A program made the position numbers and the translations under genes. Positions 28,249-38,806 of a DNA stretch of 64,000 nt are shown piece by piece (the first letter of the stretch is position 1; each line of letters starts with the position of its first letter). A model generated the notes under the pieces. That model was not told the origin of the DNA. It saw nothing but the letters and a program-made list of their open reading frames with translations, and ran no database searches. Source of the stretch: Rothia sp. (in: high G+C Gram-positive bacteria) (lineage in GTDB: Bacteria; Actinomycetota; Actinomycetes; Actinomycetales; Micrococcaceae); the NCBI GenBank assembly GCA_030530765.1, contig JAUMUH010000001.1, forward strand, positions 2,208-66,207, given 5' to 3'.

Positions 28249-29655
28249 ATGAGCGTTAATGCCAAAGATGCACCCATGAAGATTGAGGGTAAATACCTTG
28301 ATCGTATTGGCATCCCCTCAGTTCTTAAATGGGGATTCCTGGGACTTTTAATCTTTCAGACTGGGCTTGGTGTTGAATCAAACTTCATCACCCCTCACAT
28401 GGTTGAAGTGTTGGGCAGTACTGAAGCGTCAGTCTCACTGATTATCACCTCTTACTCCCTAGCGGTTCTTGTAGCCAGCTACTTGTCAGGTGTGCTCTCA
28501 GACCTCATGGGTCCAAAAAAAGTCATGATGATTGGATTCGGTATCTGGGCTGTCTTCCAGGTCGCCTTCCTGCTCGCTCTGCAGACTGGCAGCTATGGAC
28601 TAGTTGCTGCTGCCTACTTCCTGCGCGGCTTCGGTTACCCCCTCTTCTCTTTCTCCTTCCTGGTGTGGGTTAACATCACCGCCCTGAAATCCATGCAGGG
28701 TACCGCCGTCGGTTGGTTCTACGTTATGTTCACCGGTGGTCTGCCCACCCTCGGTTCGCTCGTTGCTATTGGTGCTATCCCCGCCTTCGGCGGAGGCGTT
28801 CAGGGTGAATATGGTGCGATGTGGGTTGCTTCGGCGCTTGCTTTCATTGGCTTCTTGATGGTTATGTTTGGCTGCCATGATGAAAAGGGGAAGCGTCGTA
28901 TTGCTCCTGAGAGTGAAAGTACTTCAACCGTTCTCTTCTCAGGTATTCGTCTGCTCTTCTCGAACACCAAGGTAATGCAGGGCTTCCTAATCCGCCTGAT
29001 TAACACCGCACCCCAGTTCGGCATGTTCGTGATTATGCCTGTTGTTATCTCCGATAACCTCGGCTGGGGGCAGTCGCGCTGGCTGCTGATGACTGTCTGC
29101 ATCTTCGCCGGTAACATTCTCTTTAATGCTTTCTTCGGTGCTGTTGGTGATCGAATCGGCTGGGTTAATACCGTCCGTTGGTGCGGGGTCTTCGCCTCCG
29201 CAGTTGGTCTACTTGCCTGGTGGTATGTACCCCACTGGGTACCAGCGGGCTCAACTTGGGGTTATATAGTTTCAGTTATTGCGGGTGTTACCTACGGTAT
29301 CTGTCTGGCAGGTTTCGTCCCTATGGGTGCAATTATGCCTGCTAATGCCCCTGAACACCGCGGTGCCGCAATGGCAATGTACACTACCGCAGCAGGTGGC
29401 GCGGCATTCCTTGGTACCGCGGTGGTCTCCATTGTTCTGGGTGTCACTGGTGCAATGGGTTGGGATGTCTTTGCACAGAAGTCAGCTGTTATCTGGGCGT
29501 TCGTAGCTCTCTACGGGTGCGCTTTCATTATGGTAGGTAACTTGCGCACTGCTCAGGACGACCCGGCACACCGTAAGGCCATCCGTGATGCTGACACTCA
29601 AGCACTGGCAATTCAAGCCGCTAATGAGCGTCGTGTCAACATCGAAAGCAAGTAA
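28249..29655 (+). CDS. RbtT/DalT/CsbX family polyol MFS transporter
   Basis: LDRIGIP, WGFLGLLIF..G.GVESNF, LRGFGYPLF, AVGWFY, RLINTAPQFG; AAGGAG RBS. Confidence 0.88.
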   Translation: MSVNAKDAPMKIEGKYLDRIGIPSVLKWGFLGLLIFQTGLGVESNFITPHMVEVLGSTEASVSLIITSYSLAVLVASYLSGVLSDLMGPKKVMMIGFGIWAVFQVAFLLALQTGSYGLVAAAYFLRGFGYPLFSFSFLVWVNITALKSMQGTAVGWFYVMFTGGLPTLGSLVAIGAIPAFGGGVQGEYGAMWVASALAFIGFLMVMFGCHDEKGKRRIAPESESTSTVLFSGIRLLFSNTKVMQGFLIRLINTAPQFGMFVIMPVVISDNLGWGQSRWLLMTVCIFAGNILFNAFFGAVGDRIGWVNTVRWCGVFASAVGLLAWWYVPHWVPAGSTWGYIVSVIAGVTYGICLAGFVPMGAIMPANAPEHRGAAMAMYTTAAGGAAFLGTAVVSIVLGVTGAMGWDVFAQKSAVIWAFVALYGCAFIMVGNLRTAQDDPAHRKAIRDADTQALAIQAANERRVNIESK

Positions 29656-29674
29656 CCCCTAGCTCTTAACCTTG

Positions 29675-29707
29675 AGCGTCCCCTCTTGCATGAGAGGGGA
29701 CGCTTTT
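29675..29707 (+). terminator. Rho-independent terminator
   Basis: agcgtcccctct-tgcatg-agaggggacgct followed by ttt. Confidence 0.85.
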
Positions 29708-29789
29708 GTGCCCACTGGGTACCAGAATGACGAGTCGCCATATGTTGTGCGTGGCGGACGTGTGTTTTTACTGTGTGTAGTTACTGAGT

Positions 29790-30746
29790 TTATTGACCGA
29801 GCTCCTCAAGGAGTGCTCTGGCTGTACTTTCGTCGGTCACTATGGTGTTAAAGAGTCCCATGCGGGCGCCAATAATAGTTGACTTCACTTTTTCTTCGCC
29901 GAAGGCAATCACCACAGTGTGCGGAATTTTCCGAAGGGTTTCGAGGGGGATGCGAACAGTGCGTTCGGAACCCGGGAAGTTAAGGTCGGTACCTGTGCTG
30001 TCGAAAAAGTGCAGGCAGATATCGCCTTCTGCAGCTTGCAAGCTTTCTTTGGGGATTGCTGATGATAGAGAAGTCCGACCGGATGTCTTTGAGCCTACAC
30101 CCAGAATCGCGCCTTTAGCGGTTGCCCACAGGTGTTGTAGTTGCTGGAATGAGGGGTCTTCGAGGAGTGCTCGGTGCATGGGCTTTGAGGGGATGGCGCT
30201 AGCAAAGAGCGGTATATAGGTTGCCCCAGTGTTTTGGGCGAATCCCCGAGCAATTTCATTGGTCTGGTGCCAGGCTTCAGGCTCTGCTAATCCACCTACG
30301 GCTGGTGCGATGACAACACCAGGTAGCTGGGGTAGTGGTAGGCGGGATGCGCTGTAGGTTGAGATGCCTGATGAAACAATCATGCCATCACCGGTCTTAA
30401 GCTGCATCGATTCGATAGCCTGAGCTACTGCGCCCTGTATGTCGGTGGTATAGATGCCCTCATTGTTGGTTAGCTGCATACCTGGTGCAAGAAAAACTTT
30501 TTTAATTCCCAGAGCCGATGCTAACTGGCGAGAGAGCTCTGAACCCTGGTTGTCGCTGGGGTTGAGTACCTGAATTTGCACCATACCGATTTCCCGGGCA
30601 TGAGCCAGCATGCGTGACACGGTAGGGCGTGAAACCTTGAGGCGGGTGGCAATGGAAGACTGCCCCAAGTTCTCTTCGTAGTAAAGACGGGCTGCCGCGT
30701 ACAGCCTCTCGGGATCGTAGATTTCTGAGTTCTTTGCGGTAGACAT
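29790..30746 (-). CDS. SorC/DeoR family sugar-binding transcriptional regulator
   Basis: AARLYYEE..Q..IA..L.VSRPTVSRML..ARE.GMV, GDICLHFFD, NTIVTDE. Confidence 0.92.
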   Translation of the reverse strand: MSTAKNSEIYDPERLYAAARLYYEENLGQSSIATRLKVSRPTVSRMLAHAREIGMVQIQVLNPSDNQGSELSRQLASALGIKKVFLAPGMQLTNNEGIYTTDIQGAVAQAIESMQLKTGDGMIVSSGISTYSASRLPLPQLPGVVIAPAVGGLAEPEAWHQTNEIARGFAQNTGATYIPLFASAIPSKPMHRALLEDPSFQQLQHLWATAKGAILGVGSKTSGRTSLSSAIPKESLQAAEGDICLHFFDSTGTDLNFPGSERTVRIPLETLRKIPHTVVIAFGEEKVKSTIIGARMGLFNTIVTDESTARALLEELGQ

Positions 30747-30799
30747 GGTTACTTCTTTAGTGCGAACAAATTTTCATCTATTCTACACCGCGCTTCATA

Positions 30800-30843
30800 T
30801 GTGAACAAAAGTGCTTGACATTTGTTCTCAATCGTTTCACAAT
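30800..30843 (+). promoter_or_regulatory. Polyol operon promoter with an inverted repeat around the -35
   Basis: TTGACA 30815-30820, 17-nt spacer, CACAAT 30838-30843; TGTGAACAAA and TTTGTTCTCA flank the -35. Confidence 0.7.
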
Positions 30844-30881
30844 GTTTATTACAACACATAAGACTTTGATTGGAGATAAAA

Positions 30882-32018
30882 ATGTCCGTTTCCATCCCCA
30901 CAGAGATGCAGGCCGTTGTCGTTCGTGGCCCCGAAAACTACGTGCTCGAAACCGTGCCCGTGCCCACTATTGGTGATACTGACCTGCTCATTAAGATTGA
31001 TGCCGTTGGTATCTGCGCGTCAGACCTCAAGTGCTACCACGGCGCTCCCAAGTTCTGGGGTGACGAGAACCGTGCGCAGTGGGCTGAAAATAATCGTATT
31101 GCCGGTCACGAAATTGCTGGTACTATCGTTGCGGGCTCAGAAGAGACTCTGAACAGTCACACCGTAGGTAAGCCCTACAACCTGGCAATCGGTGACCGTA
31201 TTGTGATTGAACAGATTGCCCCCTGCGGCGAGTGCCGCTACTGCAAGCGTGGCGAGTACTGGATGTGCGGTCCGCACGATATGTTTGGCTTCAAGAAGTG
31301 GGACGGCGGCATGGCAGAGTACATGCTGGTACCCTCACTAGCGCGCGTCCATAAGATTTCCAAGGATGTACCCCCACAGCATGCAGCTTTTGCAGAACCC
31401 CTCTCGTGTGCGTTGCATGCTGTTGAACGTGCCAACATCAAGTTTGAAGATGTCGTTGTTATTGCGGGCGCAGGCCCTATTGGACTTTCGGCTCTTATCG
31501 GTACCCGTCAGAAGAACCCCCTCAAGATTATTGTCCTCGATATGGCTGAGGACAAGCTTAAGCTAGCTAAGAAGCTTGGCGCCGATGAGGTTATCAACAT
31601 CCGCGAGGAAGATGCTGTTCAGAAGATTAAGGACATGACCGATGGTCACGGCGCAGATGTTTACATCGAATGCACCGGGCACCCCTCAGCTGTTCCCCAG
31701 GGGCTGAATCTGCTGCGCAAGCTCGGTACCTACGTTGAGTACTCAGTGTTTGGCTCAGACGTTACCGTTGACTGGTCAATCATCTCTGATGATAAGGAAC
31801 TCAACGTTTACGGTGCACACTTGGGGCCCCATACCTGGCCCACCGCCGTGAAAATCATCGAATCAGGCATCCTGCCTCTCGATGAGATTTGCACCCACCA
31901 GTTCCCCCTCGAGGAATTCCAGGCTGGCCTGGATACCGTGGGTGACTCCCAGGGTGACTCGATTAAGTGCTCCATCGTTCCCGGCCTAACCGCGATTGTC
32001 AACCAGCTCGCTAAATAA
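30882..32018 (+). CDS. eltD: Zn-dependent erythritol/L-threitol dehydrogenase-like MDR enzyme
   Basis: GICASDLKCYHGAPKFWGDENR, GHE, four-Cys structural Zn loop, VDWSIISDDKEL, GAHLGP; very close to M. smegmatis EltD as recalled. Confidence 0.8.
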   Translation: MSVSIPTEMQAVVVRGPENYVLETVPVPTIGDTDLLIKIDAVGICASDLKCYHGAPKFWGDENRAQWAENNRIAGHEIAGTIVAGSEETLNSHTVGKPYNLAIGDRIVIEQIAPCGECRYCKRGEYWMCGPHDMFGFKKWDGGMAEYMLVPSLARVHKISKDVPPQHAAFAEPLSCALHAVERANIKFEDVVVIAGAGPIGLSALIGTRQKNPLKIIVLDMAEDKLKLAKKLGADEVINIREEDAVQKIKDMTDGHGADVYIECTGHPSAVPQGLNLLRKLGTYVEYSVFGSDVTVDWSIISDDKELNVYGAHLGPHTWPTAVKIIESGILPLDEICTHQFPLEEFQAGLDTVGDSQGDSIKCSIVPGLTAIVNQLAK

Positions 32019-32058
32019 CCAGCACATCACTAGATAACACCACTGAGGAAGACTCACC

Positions 32059-33753
32059 ATGACCAAGCTTTACAACGATCCGGCAGAATTCGCAGACGAA
32101 CAGCTCGAAGGCTTCTTGAACCTGTACTCCGACCGTCTGGTGGGTGTTCCCGGCGGTGTTATCTCTCTGCCTCCCAAAGAACCGCAGGTAGCGGTTGTTG
32201 TGGGTGGCGGCTCCGGCCATTACCCTGCTTTCGCAGGTCTAGTTGGCCCTGGTTTTGCTAGCGGCGCGGTGGTAGGTAACATCTTTACCTCACCTTCAGC
32301 CGCTCACGTCTACTCCGTTGCCAAGGCAGCAGACCAAGGTAAGGGCGTGATTCTTACCTTCGGTAACTACGCCGGTGATACCATGAACTTCGGCATCGCG
32401 GCTCAGATGCTTAACGCCGAGGGCATCGATACCCGCATTGTAGTGGTCAAGGATGACATCGCATCAGCCCCCGAGTTTGACAACCGCCGCGGTATCGCTG
32501 GCGACTTCACGGTCTTTAAGGTCATGGGTGCTGCTGCCGCCGCTGGCAAGAACATTGATGAAGTAGAACGTTTGGGCAACCTTGCCAACATTAAGACCCG
32601 CACCCTGGGGGTTGCCTTCTCAGGCTGCACCATGCCCGGCGCTGATCACCCCCTCTTTACCGTTGAAGAGGGACAGATGGGTGTTGGTCTCGGCATCCAC
32701 GGCGAGCCCGGTATCCGCGATGAAGCCCGCCCCACCGCTGAGGTCCTTGCGGATCTCCTGGTCAAGACCGTGCTAGCAGATGCCCCCGAACACACCAGTA
32801 AACGAATTGGCGTGATTGTCAACGGTCTGGGTGTTACCAAGTACGAAGAGCTCTTCCTGCTTTATCGCACCATCGCCCCCGCACTCCGTAAGGCAGGGTA
32901 CGAGATTGTTGACCCAGAGGTCGGCGAACTCGTGACCTCGCTAGATATGGGTGGCGTATCACTGACCGTCATGTGGCTGGATGATGAGCTCGATGAACTC
33001 TGGCAGGCAGAAGCCTACGCCTGCGCCTATCGCAAGCAGAAGGCACCGTTGAACACCATCTCAGGCTCCTACGAAGCCAAGACCACAACCGTTGATGCAG
33101 AGTCAATCGTGGATGCCTCACCCGCTGGCCTTGCCCTAGCCGCGCATGTGCGCGCTGGCATCGAAGAAATTTCCCAGCTCATGCACGAGCAGGAGAACTA
33201 CCTTGGTGAAATTGACGCGGTAGCCGGTGATGGCGACCACGGGCGCGGCATGGTACGTGGTGCCGACGCTGCTTTGGAGGCCATCAAGAATGCCCCCGAT
33301 AACGCGGGCCCCTCTCAGTTACTCAAGCTGGGCGGCCGTGCCTGGGCCATGCAAGCAGGCGGCACCTCTGGCGTGCTCTGGGGTGCTTCTCTCGAGGCTG
33401 CCGCCAACACCATAGCTGATGATGCTGAGAGCTTCACCGATAATCAGCTGGGTGCTGCCATCAACGCTTTTGCCGAATCAATGGTGACCCTGGGCGGTGC
33501 GAAGATCGGGGATAAAACTTTACTCGATGCTCTGCTACCATTCCGCGATACTCTGCTGGCATCGGATGCGGCTCTGCCAGCGGCCTGGGCGGAAGCGGTC
33601 ACCGTTGCCCAGAAGAGTGCCGAAGAGACCAAGACGCTGGTCCCCAAGAAGGGGCGTGCCCGCCCGCTTGCTGAAAAGTCGATTGGCAACCCCGACCCCG
33701 GTGCGATTTCTATGGGCATGATCCTCAACCAGCTCACTTCCCGCTTCAACTAA
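32059..33753 (+). CDS. derK: DAK1/DAK2 family kinase, D-erythrulose kinase-like
   Basis: MTKLYNDP, GGGSGHYPAF, VVGNIFTSPS, RRGIAGDFTVFK, GIHGEPG, DAVAGDGDHG. Confidence 0.7.
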   Translation: MTKLYNDPAEFADEQLEGFLNLYSDRLVGVPGGVISLPPKEPQVAVVVGGGSGHYPAFAGLVGPGFASGAVVGNIFTSPSAAHVYSVAKAADQGKGVILTFGNYAGDTMNFGIAAQMLNAEGIDTRIVVVKDDIASAPEFDNRRGIAGDFTVFKVMGAAAAAGKNIDEVERLGNLANIKTRTLGVAFSGCTMPGADHPLFTVEEGQMGVGLGIHGEPGIRDEARPTAEVLADLLVKTVLADAPEHTSKRIGVIVNGLGVTKYEELFLLYRTIAPALRKAGYEIVDPEVGELVTSLDMGGVSLTVMWLDDELDELWQAEAYACAYRKQKAPLNTISGSYEAKTTTVDAESIVDASPAGLALAAHVRAGIEEISQLMHEQENYLGEIDAVAGDGDHGRGMVRGADAALEAIKNAPDNAGPSQLLKLGGRAWAMQAGGTSGVLWGASLEAAANTIADDAESFTDNQLGAAINAFAESMVTLGGAKIGDKTLLDALLPFRDTLLASDAALPAAWAEAVTVAQKSAEETKTLVPKKGRARPLAEKSIGNPDPGAISMGMILNQLTSRFN

Positions 33754-33780
33754 AAGTCACAAATCTCTAGGAGAAAAAGC

Positions 33781-34242
33781 ATGTCAGAAGCTCTACGCTT
33801 GATTATCGGTTGCGATGACGCTGGCCTTACCTACAAAACTGCCATCAAAGAACAGCTCGAAGCTGACCCCCGCATTGCCTCCGTCAAGGACGTCGGCGTG
33901 GGTGAGGACGAGCATACCCCCTACCCCTCAGTTGCCATTGAAGCGGCAGAACGCATCGCCCGCGGCGAAGCCGACCGCGCTATCCTCATCTGCGGCACCG
34001 GTCTGGGCGTTGCTATCTCAGCTAACAAGGTCAAAGGCATCCGTGCAGTGACCGCGCATGACTCCTTCTCGGTAGAACGCTCTATCCTCTCCAATGACGC
34101 TCACATTCTCTGCATGGGGGAACGTGTGATTGGAAGACAGCTGGCCTTGCGTCTTGCTGATGAGTGGGTTGGCTACACCTTTGACGAAACCAGTGCCTCC
34201 GCTGACAAGGTCAAGGTTATTGAAGAATATGAGAGTTGCTAA
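33781..34242 (+). CDS. derI: RpiB/LacA family isomerase, D-erythrulose-4-phosphate isomerase-like
   Basis: GCDDAG (DD in place of the RpiB DH), [30 protein letters not shown]. Confidence 0.72.
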   Translation: MSEALRLIIGCDDAGLTYKTAIKEQLEADPRIASVKDVGVGEDEHTPYPSVAIEAAERIARGEADRAILICGTGLGVAISANKVKGIRAVTAHDSFSVERSILSNDAHILCMGERVIGRQLALRLADEWVGYTFDETSASADKVKVIEEYESC

Positions 34243-34303
34243 GTGTCTTCGTTTGCCACTCCTCACCTCATAAGTCAATAAGTTATTAGGAAGAAGAACA
34301 CTT

Positions 34304-35809
34304 ATGCTAAAACTCGATCAAGCTAGTCTTGCAGAGATTCAGGAAACCGCCACAGGTAAACTGGCAGAAGGCTCCACCTTTGCAACTCCCACCTACGACC
34401 GCTCTCAGCTCAAAGCAGGCATCGTGCACTTCGGCGTCGGTGGCTTCCACCGCGCTCACCAAGCCCTCTACCTGGATCAGCTCTTTGAAAAGGGACTGGC
34501 CAAAGACTTTGCTATCTGCGGTATGGGCGTGATGCCCCACGATAAGACCATGCGTGACATCCTGGCTGAGCAGGACTACCTTTACACCCTTATCTCTCGT
34601 TACCCTGATGGTCACGAAGAAACCAAGGTCGTCGGTTCAATCGTGGACTATATCTGGGCCCCAGAAGACCCCGCCGGTGCTGTAGAGTACCTGACCAGCG
34701 AAGACATCAGGATCGTTTCGCTGACCGTAACCGAGGGCGGCTACAACTTCAACCAGGTCACCCACGAATACGACCTCACCAACGAGAACGTAGCTCACGA
34801 CCTCGAGAACCCCGAGACCCCCAAAACCGTCTTCGGCTTGGTGGTTCAGGCACTCAAGCTACGCCGTGATCGCGGTATTACCCCCTTCACCGTGATGAGC
34901 TGCGACAACATTCAGGCCAATGGCGCTATCGCTCGTAAGGTATTCACCTCCCACGCTCGTGCCCTGGACGCCGAGCTAGCAACCTGGATTGAAGAGAATG
35001 TTTCTTTCCCCAACTCCATGGTCGACCGCATCACTCCGGCCACCACCGACGAGGATCGCACCTACGTTGCTGAAGAATTCGGCTTTGAAGACGGCTGGCC
35101 CGTAGTTACTGAAGACTTCATCCAGTGGGTGCTTGAAGATAACTTCACCGCCGGACGCCCACCCTACGAAGAGGTTGGCGTACAGGTAGTCGACGAAGTA
35201 GAGCCCTATGAGAAACTCAAGCTACGTATGCTCAACTCATCCCACCAGGGTCTATGTTACTTCGGCTATCTTGCTGGCTACTTCCTGGTCGATGAAGCAG
35301 TATCAAACCCGCTCATCTCAGAGCTCTTGATACGCTACATGCTTGAAGAAGCCAAGCCCACCCTCGATGAACTACCCGATACCGATGTCGATGAATACGC
35401 TCGCACCCTGATTTCCCGTTTCACCAACAAGTCGGTGAAAGACACCGTACCCCGCCTGTGCGCAGAATCATCTGACCGCATCCCCAAGTGGCTAATTCCC
35501 GTTGTCATGGACAATCTGGCAGTTGGCGGTCAGGTCAAGTACTCCGCTGCAATCGTTGCCTCTTGGGCACGTTATGCTGAGGGCATCGACGAAGAAGGCA
35601 ACCCCATCACTATTGTTGATAACGCTGAAGGCAAAGTGCGCGCTGCCGCCCAGGCACAGCTAGCAGGCGACGAGCTTGCCTTCCTGCGTAATGAAGACTT
35701 CTTCGGCGACCTCGCTACCAACGAAACCTTCACCGCAGCCTACCTCGAGACCCTGCATTCGCTGCACGAGGTTGGCAGCATCAAAACCCTAGAGCGCCTG
35801 CGGGGCTAA
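34304..35809 (+). CDS. Mannitol dehydrogenase family protein (mannitol 2-DH / D-arabitol 4-DH)
   Basis: GIVHFGVGGFHRAHQA, SLTVTEGGY, SCDN, FPNSMVDRITP, KLRMLNSSH. Confidence 0.92.
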   Translation: MLKLDQASLAEIQETATGKLAEGSTFATPTYDRSQLKAGIVHFGVGGFHRAHQALYLDQLFEKGLAKDFAICGMGVMPHDKTMRDILAEQDYLYTLISRYPDGHEETKVVGSIVDYIWAPEDPAGAVEYLTSEDIRIVSLTVTEGGYNFNQVTHEYDLTNENVAHDLENPETPKTVFGLVVQALKLRRDRGITPFTVMSCDNIQANGAIARKVFTSHARALDAELATWIEENVSFPNSMVDRITPATTDEDRTYVAEEFGFEDGWPVVTEDFIQWVLEDNFTAGRPPYEEVGVQVVDEVEPYEKLKLRMLNSSHQGLCYFGYLAGYFLVDEAVSNPLISELLIRYMLEEAKPTLDELPDTDVDEYARTLISRFTNKSVKDTVPRLCAESSDRIPKWLIPVVMDNLAVGGQVKYSAAIVASWARYAEGIDEEGNPITIVDNAEGKVRAAAQAQLAGDELAFLRNEDFFGDLATNETFTAAYLETLHSLHEVGSIKTLERLRG

Positions 35810-35833
35810 ACCCCGGCGTCCTCGCATTTCTAC

Positions 35834-35865
35834 AGAGCCCCGAGAACCAACGTTTCCGGGGCTCT
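35834..35865. terminator. Intra-operon hairpin, preceded by a motif copy at 35811-35822
   Basis: agagccccgagaac-caac-gtttccggggctct; no T tail. Confidence 0.5.
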
Positions 35866-35897
35866 ACCCACCTGAACCCCGCACACAAAGGCAGATT

Positions 35898-37289
35898 ATG
35901 GCAACCTACGTCTTGGGCATCGACTCTTCAACACAGTCCTGCAAAGCACTATTCGTTAATGCAGAAACCGGCGACATCGTGGACGAGCGCCGCGCCTCGC
36001 ACCCCGGCGGCACCGAAGTGGACCCCGCGCACTGGGTTGCAGCACTGGAAGAGGTAACCCGTGACTTGCTGCCCCGAGCATCCGCGGTGGCTATCGCTGG
36101 TCAGCAGCATGGCATGGTACTGCTAGATGAGAATAACAAGGTGGTACGCGACGCCCTGCTGTGGAACGACACTCGTTCAGCCCCCGAAGCCGAAGAGCTC
36201 ACCGCTTTTCTGGGCGGTCGCCAGCGCGCCGCTGAACTAACCGGCAGTGTGCCTTTGGCGGCATATACCGCTACCAAACTTTTATGGGTACGCAAGAACG
36301 AACCTACGACTGCCGCCCGTGCCGCCAAGGTTGCTCTACCTCATGACTACCTGACGCTACAGCTCAACACCGAAAACCGGCTCTTTACTGACCACGGTGA
36401 AGCTTCGGGTACCGCCTACTACAACACAGCCAAGCGTGAATGGGATACTTCCATCGCTGCCTGGGCTATAGGTCACAAGATTCAGCTACCCGAACTTGCT
36501 GAACCGAACCAGGTCATCGGTTATACCGAAAGTGGTGCAGCTATCGCAGCTGGCACTGGCGATAATATGGGCGCTGCTCTGGGGCTCGATATACAGCCCG
36601 GGGACGCGGTGGTATCAATCGGCACCTCGGCGGTGTCGATGATGCTCTCAGACACCCCAATCGCTGACGACAAGAACAACATCTCAGGCTTCTGCGATGC
36701 CACCGGGCGTTACCTACCCCTTGCCTGCGCCCTCAACGGTGCACCCGTTATGGACTTTGCCGCCGCCACCCTGGGCGTCAATCACGAAGAGCTGGCAGAG
36801 ATGGTGCTGCGTGCACCCGCTGGCGCTAAAGGAGCGGTTTTCGTACCCTACCTTAACGGTGAACGCACCCCCAACCTGCCCAACGCCCACGCCCACTTCG
36901 GTAACATTGGCGGTAACTTCACCCGTGATGATATGGCAAGAGCCATGGTCGAGGGCCTAGCCTGCTCTGTACGCGAGAGCCTTGAAAAGATTGTCGCCCA
37001 ACATGGTGAAGAACCCAAACGCATCCTTCTGATTGGTGGTGGGGCCAAGTCAAAGGCCTTCCGTAAGGTGTTAGCTCAGGTGCTCGGTGTCGACATCTAC
37101 GTACCTGAACCTACTGAGTTTGTGGCGATTGGTGCCGCAAAGCAGGCTGCCTGGGCGCTGACTGGAGCAGAGTATCCTCCGACTTGGCCCCAGGGGGAGA
37201 TGATGAAAGTCAGTGCTGATAAACAGCCTTCAATTTATCGCAATTACATCGAATACCGTAACAGTGTCTACCCTGAAGTCAAGGCGTAG
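35898..37289 (+). CDS. xylB: Xylulokinase (FGGY family)
   Basis: GIDSSTQSCK, AGQQHGMV, ALLWNDTRS, GTGDNMGAALG, PYLNGERTP. Confidence 0.85.
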   Translation: MATYVLGIDSSTQSCKALFVNAETGDIVDERRASHPGGTEVDPAHWVAALEEVTRDLLPRASAVAIAGQQHGMVLLDENNKVVRDALLWNDTRSAPEAEELTAFLGGRQRAAELTGSVPLAAYTATKLLWVRKNEPTTAARAAKVALPHDYLTLQLNTENRLFTDHGEASGTAYYNTAKREWDTSIAAWAIGHKIQLPELAEPNQVIGYTESGAAIAAGTGDNMGAALGLDIQPGDAVVSIGTSAVSMMLSDTPIADDKNNISGFCDATGRYLPLACALNGAPVMDFAAATLGVNHEELAEMVLRAPAGAKGAVFVPYLNGERTPNLPNAHAHFGNIGGNFTRDDMARAMVEGLACSVRESLEKIVAQHGEEPKRILLIGGGAKSKAFRKVLAQVLGVDIYVPEPTEFVAIGAAKQAAWALTGAEYPPTWPQGEMMKVSADKQPSIYRNYIEYRNSVYPEVKA

Positions 37290-37336
37290 TCTAGAAATAA
37301 CAATCGTTTAACGTATCGAAGGTGATAGGGGAGATT

Positions 37337-38806
37337 ATGGCATCGAAAGCATTTTTTGGTTTAGATGTTGGAACATCGAGCACTAAGGCGGTGCTGACGG
37401 ATGCTAACGGCAAGTTGCTTGATTCAGAGACCATCGAACACTCGGTGAGCCGCGGTGAGCGTGGCCTGGTCGAAATGGATATGAACATTTGGTGGGAAGA
37501 GTTTTGCACCCTGTTCCGCACTCTGATGAAACGTAATGACGTGGAACTTGCTGGTATCGGCGTTTCTGGCATGGGCCCCTGCGTGGGTATCACGGATACG
37601 GACGGTACGCCGGTAGCTCCCAGTTCCCTCTACGGTGTTGACTGGCGTGCTCGCACCGAAATTAAGGAGCTAACTACCGAATTTGGTGAAAGCTTTTTAC
37701 TGGAACGGTACGATTCTGCGCTCACATCCCAGGCCGGTGGACCCAAAGTTGCATGGTTTGCCTCCCGTTACCCACAGCAGTTTGCTCGCGTGGTGCGTAT
37801 GTTTATGCCCGCTAGTTTCTTGGTTTGGCATTTGACAGGTGAGTACGTGCTCGACCGCCATTCGGCCTCCCAATGCACTCCTATGTATGACCCTGCCAGT
37901 CTCGAATGGGACCGGGGCATGTGCGATCGTCTTTCGGGTGGCAACCTCGAACTACCTCGTTTAGGCTGGAGCAACGAACTCGCTGGGGAAACTAAGTGCC
38001 GGGGTGACTTACCTGAGTTGCCTACCGGTATCCCAGTCATTTTTGGAACCATTGATGCCTGGGCCGAGCAGGAGTCAGTAGGTGCTACTGGTCCCAACCA
38101 TCTCTTCCTCATGTATGGCACCACTCTCTTTTTAATCGCCAATGCCACCGACCGTATGCGCCATCTCTCTATGTGGGGCACCACAGGTACACGCCCGGGC
38201 GTGCGTAATGTGGCCGGTGGTTTGGCGACCTCCGGTGCACTGACTAATTGGTTTCGTGAACTTAGCGGTGAGGACGACTACGCCACCCTCGTAGCGGAGG
38301 CTGCTCGCATCGCACCGGGCTCCAATGGCCTACTCGCGCTGCCCTACTTTGCGGGTGAACGCACCCCCATACAGGACCCGGACGCTCGCGGCATTATTGT
38401 AGGTCTTACTCTGGACCATACTCGGGGACACCTCTACCGTGCCTTACTAGAATCAACAGCTTTTGCGGTGCGTCATAATATCGAAGTAATGGAAGAATCT
38501 GGTGCCAACATTCAGGGCATCACCTGCGCAGGCGGTGGCGTGAAGTCACCGCTGTGGCCGCAAATCATTTCCGATGTCACTGGTCGTGCACAGATTGTTC
38601 GTAAACATACCATTGGTGCCTCTTTCGGTAACGCTTTTATGGTGGCTGAAGCGTTGGATGCCAGGGTTAGCATCGATGAGTGGAACCCTGTGGCTCGTAC
38701 CGTAGAGCCGCGAGACCTGCCAATCTACGAGACCCTTTACACCAATTATCGTATGCTTTATACCGCCACCGCAGACATCCAGCACGTGCTGGCAGGGATG
38801 AACTAG
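37337..38806 (+). CDS. Second FGGY family carbohydrate kinase, substrate unknown
   Basis: GLDVGTSSTK, SGMGPC, GTIDAWAE, MYGTT, LPYFAGERTP. Confidence 0.88.
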   Translation: MASKAFFGLDVGTSSTKAVLTDANGKLLDSETIEHSVSRGERGLVEMDMNIWWEEFCTLFRTLMKRNDVELAGIGVSGMGPCVGITDTDGTPVAPSSLYGVDWRARTEIKELTTEFGESFLLERYDSALTSQAGGPKVAWFASRYPQQFARVVRMFMPASFLVWHLTGEYVLDRHSASQCTPMYDPASLEWDRGMCDRLSGGNLELPRLGWSNELAGETKCRGDLPELPTGIPVIFGTIDAWAEQESVGATGPNHLFLMYGTTLFLIANATDRMRHLSMWGTTGTRPGVRNVAGGLATSGALTNWFRELSGEDDYATLVAEAARIAPGSNGLLALPYFAGERTPIQDPDARGIIVGLTLDHTRGHLYRALLESTAFAVRHNIEVMEESGANIQGITCAGGGVKSPLWPQIISDVTGRAQIVRKHTIGASFGNAFMVAEALDARVSIDEWNPVARTVEPRDLPIYETLYTNYRMLYTATADIQHVLAGMN

